A stretch of 64,000 nt of DNA from Octopus vulgaris (Eukaryota): assembly GCA_951406725.2 (NCBI GenBank), contig OX597817.1, positions 96,906,001-96,970,000 of the forward strand, written 5' to 3'. The position numbers were made by a program, and so were the translations under genes. This document shows, in pieces, positions 63,897 through 64,000 of the stretch (its first letter is position 1; the number at the start of each line of letters is the position of its first letter). The notes below the pieces were generated by a model. It was not told where the DNA came from. It saw only the letters and a list, made by a program, of their open reading frames with translations, and did not search any database.

Positions 63897-64000
63897 GTAA
63901 GTAAAGTTTTACTTTTTATTTTCTCTGAGATTGAGCATGGTAGATATCAAATTATGGAACTTGCAAGCAGTCGTGCTATAAGCCTAACCTATAGACATTT

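Overview
AT-rich, repeat-dense animal genomic DNA. Microsatellite load, SINE/LINE types and gene content suggest a cephalopod (Octopus-like); this is inference, not verified. One host gene is confidently seen: a DIPK2A/DIA1 (C3orf58)-like secretory pseudokinase on the minus strand, with coding exons 21668-21081 and 4598-4476 joined by a 16.5-kb phase-0 intron. A divergent plus-strand gene probably starts at 57587. The rest is mostly transposons: RTE, CR1, Tx1/L1 and HERO/NeSL-type LINEs, Penelope-like elements, a compact Gypsy element with both LTRs, a mariner, Helitrons and SINEs. Three things stand out. (1) Five fold-back elements with GG..CC termini (four with exact or near-exact 8-bp TSDs, Merlin-like) cluster around the DIPK2A 5' end. 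(2) A TSD-flanked head-to-head palindrome carries a tRNA-derived head and a hammerhead-ribozyme-like motif in each arm, and other hammerhead-like partial tandems occur elsewhere. (3) A tandem array of putative H-type pseudoknots lies in the RTE 3'UTR/SINE family. All alignments and folds were done by eye; repeat boundaries are approximate unless termini or TSDs are quoted.
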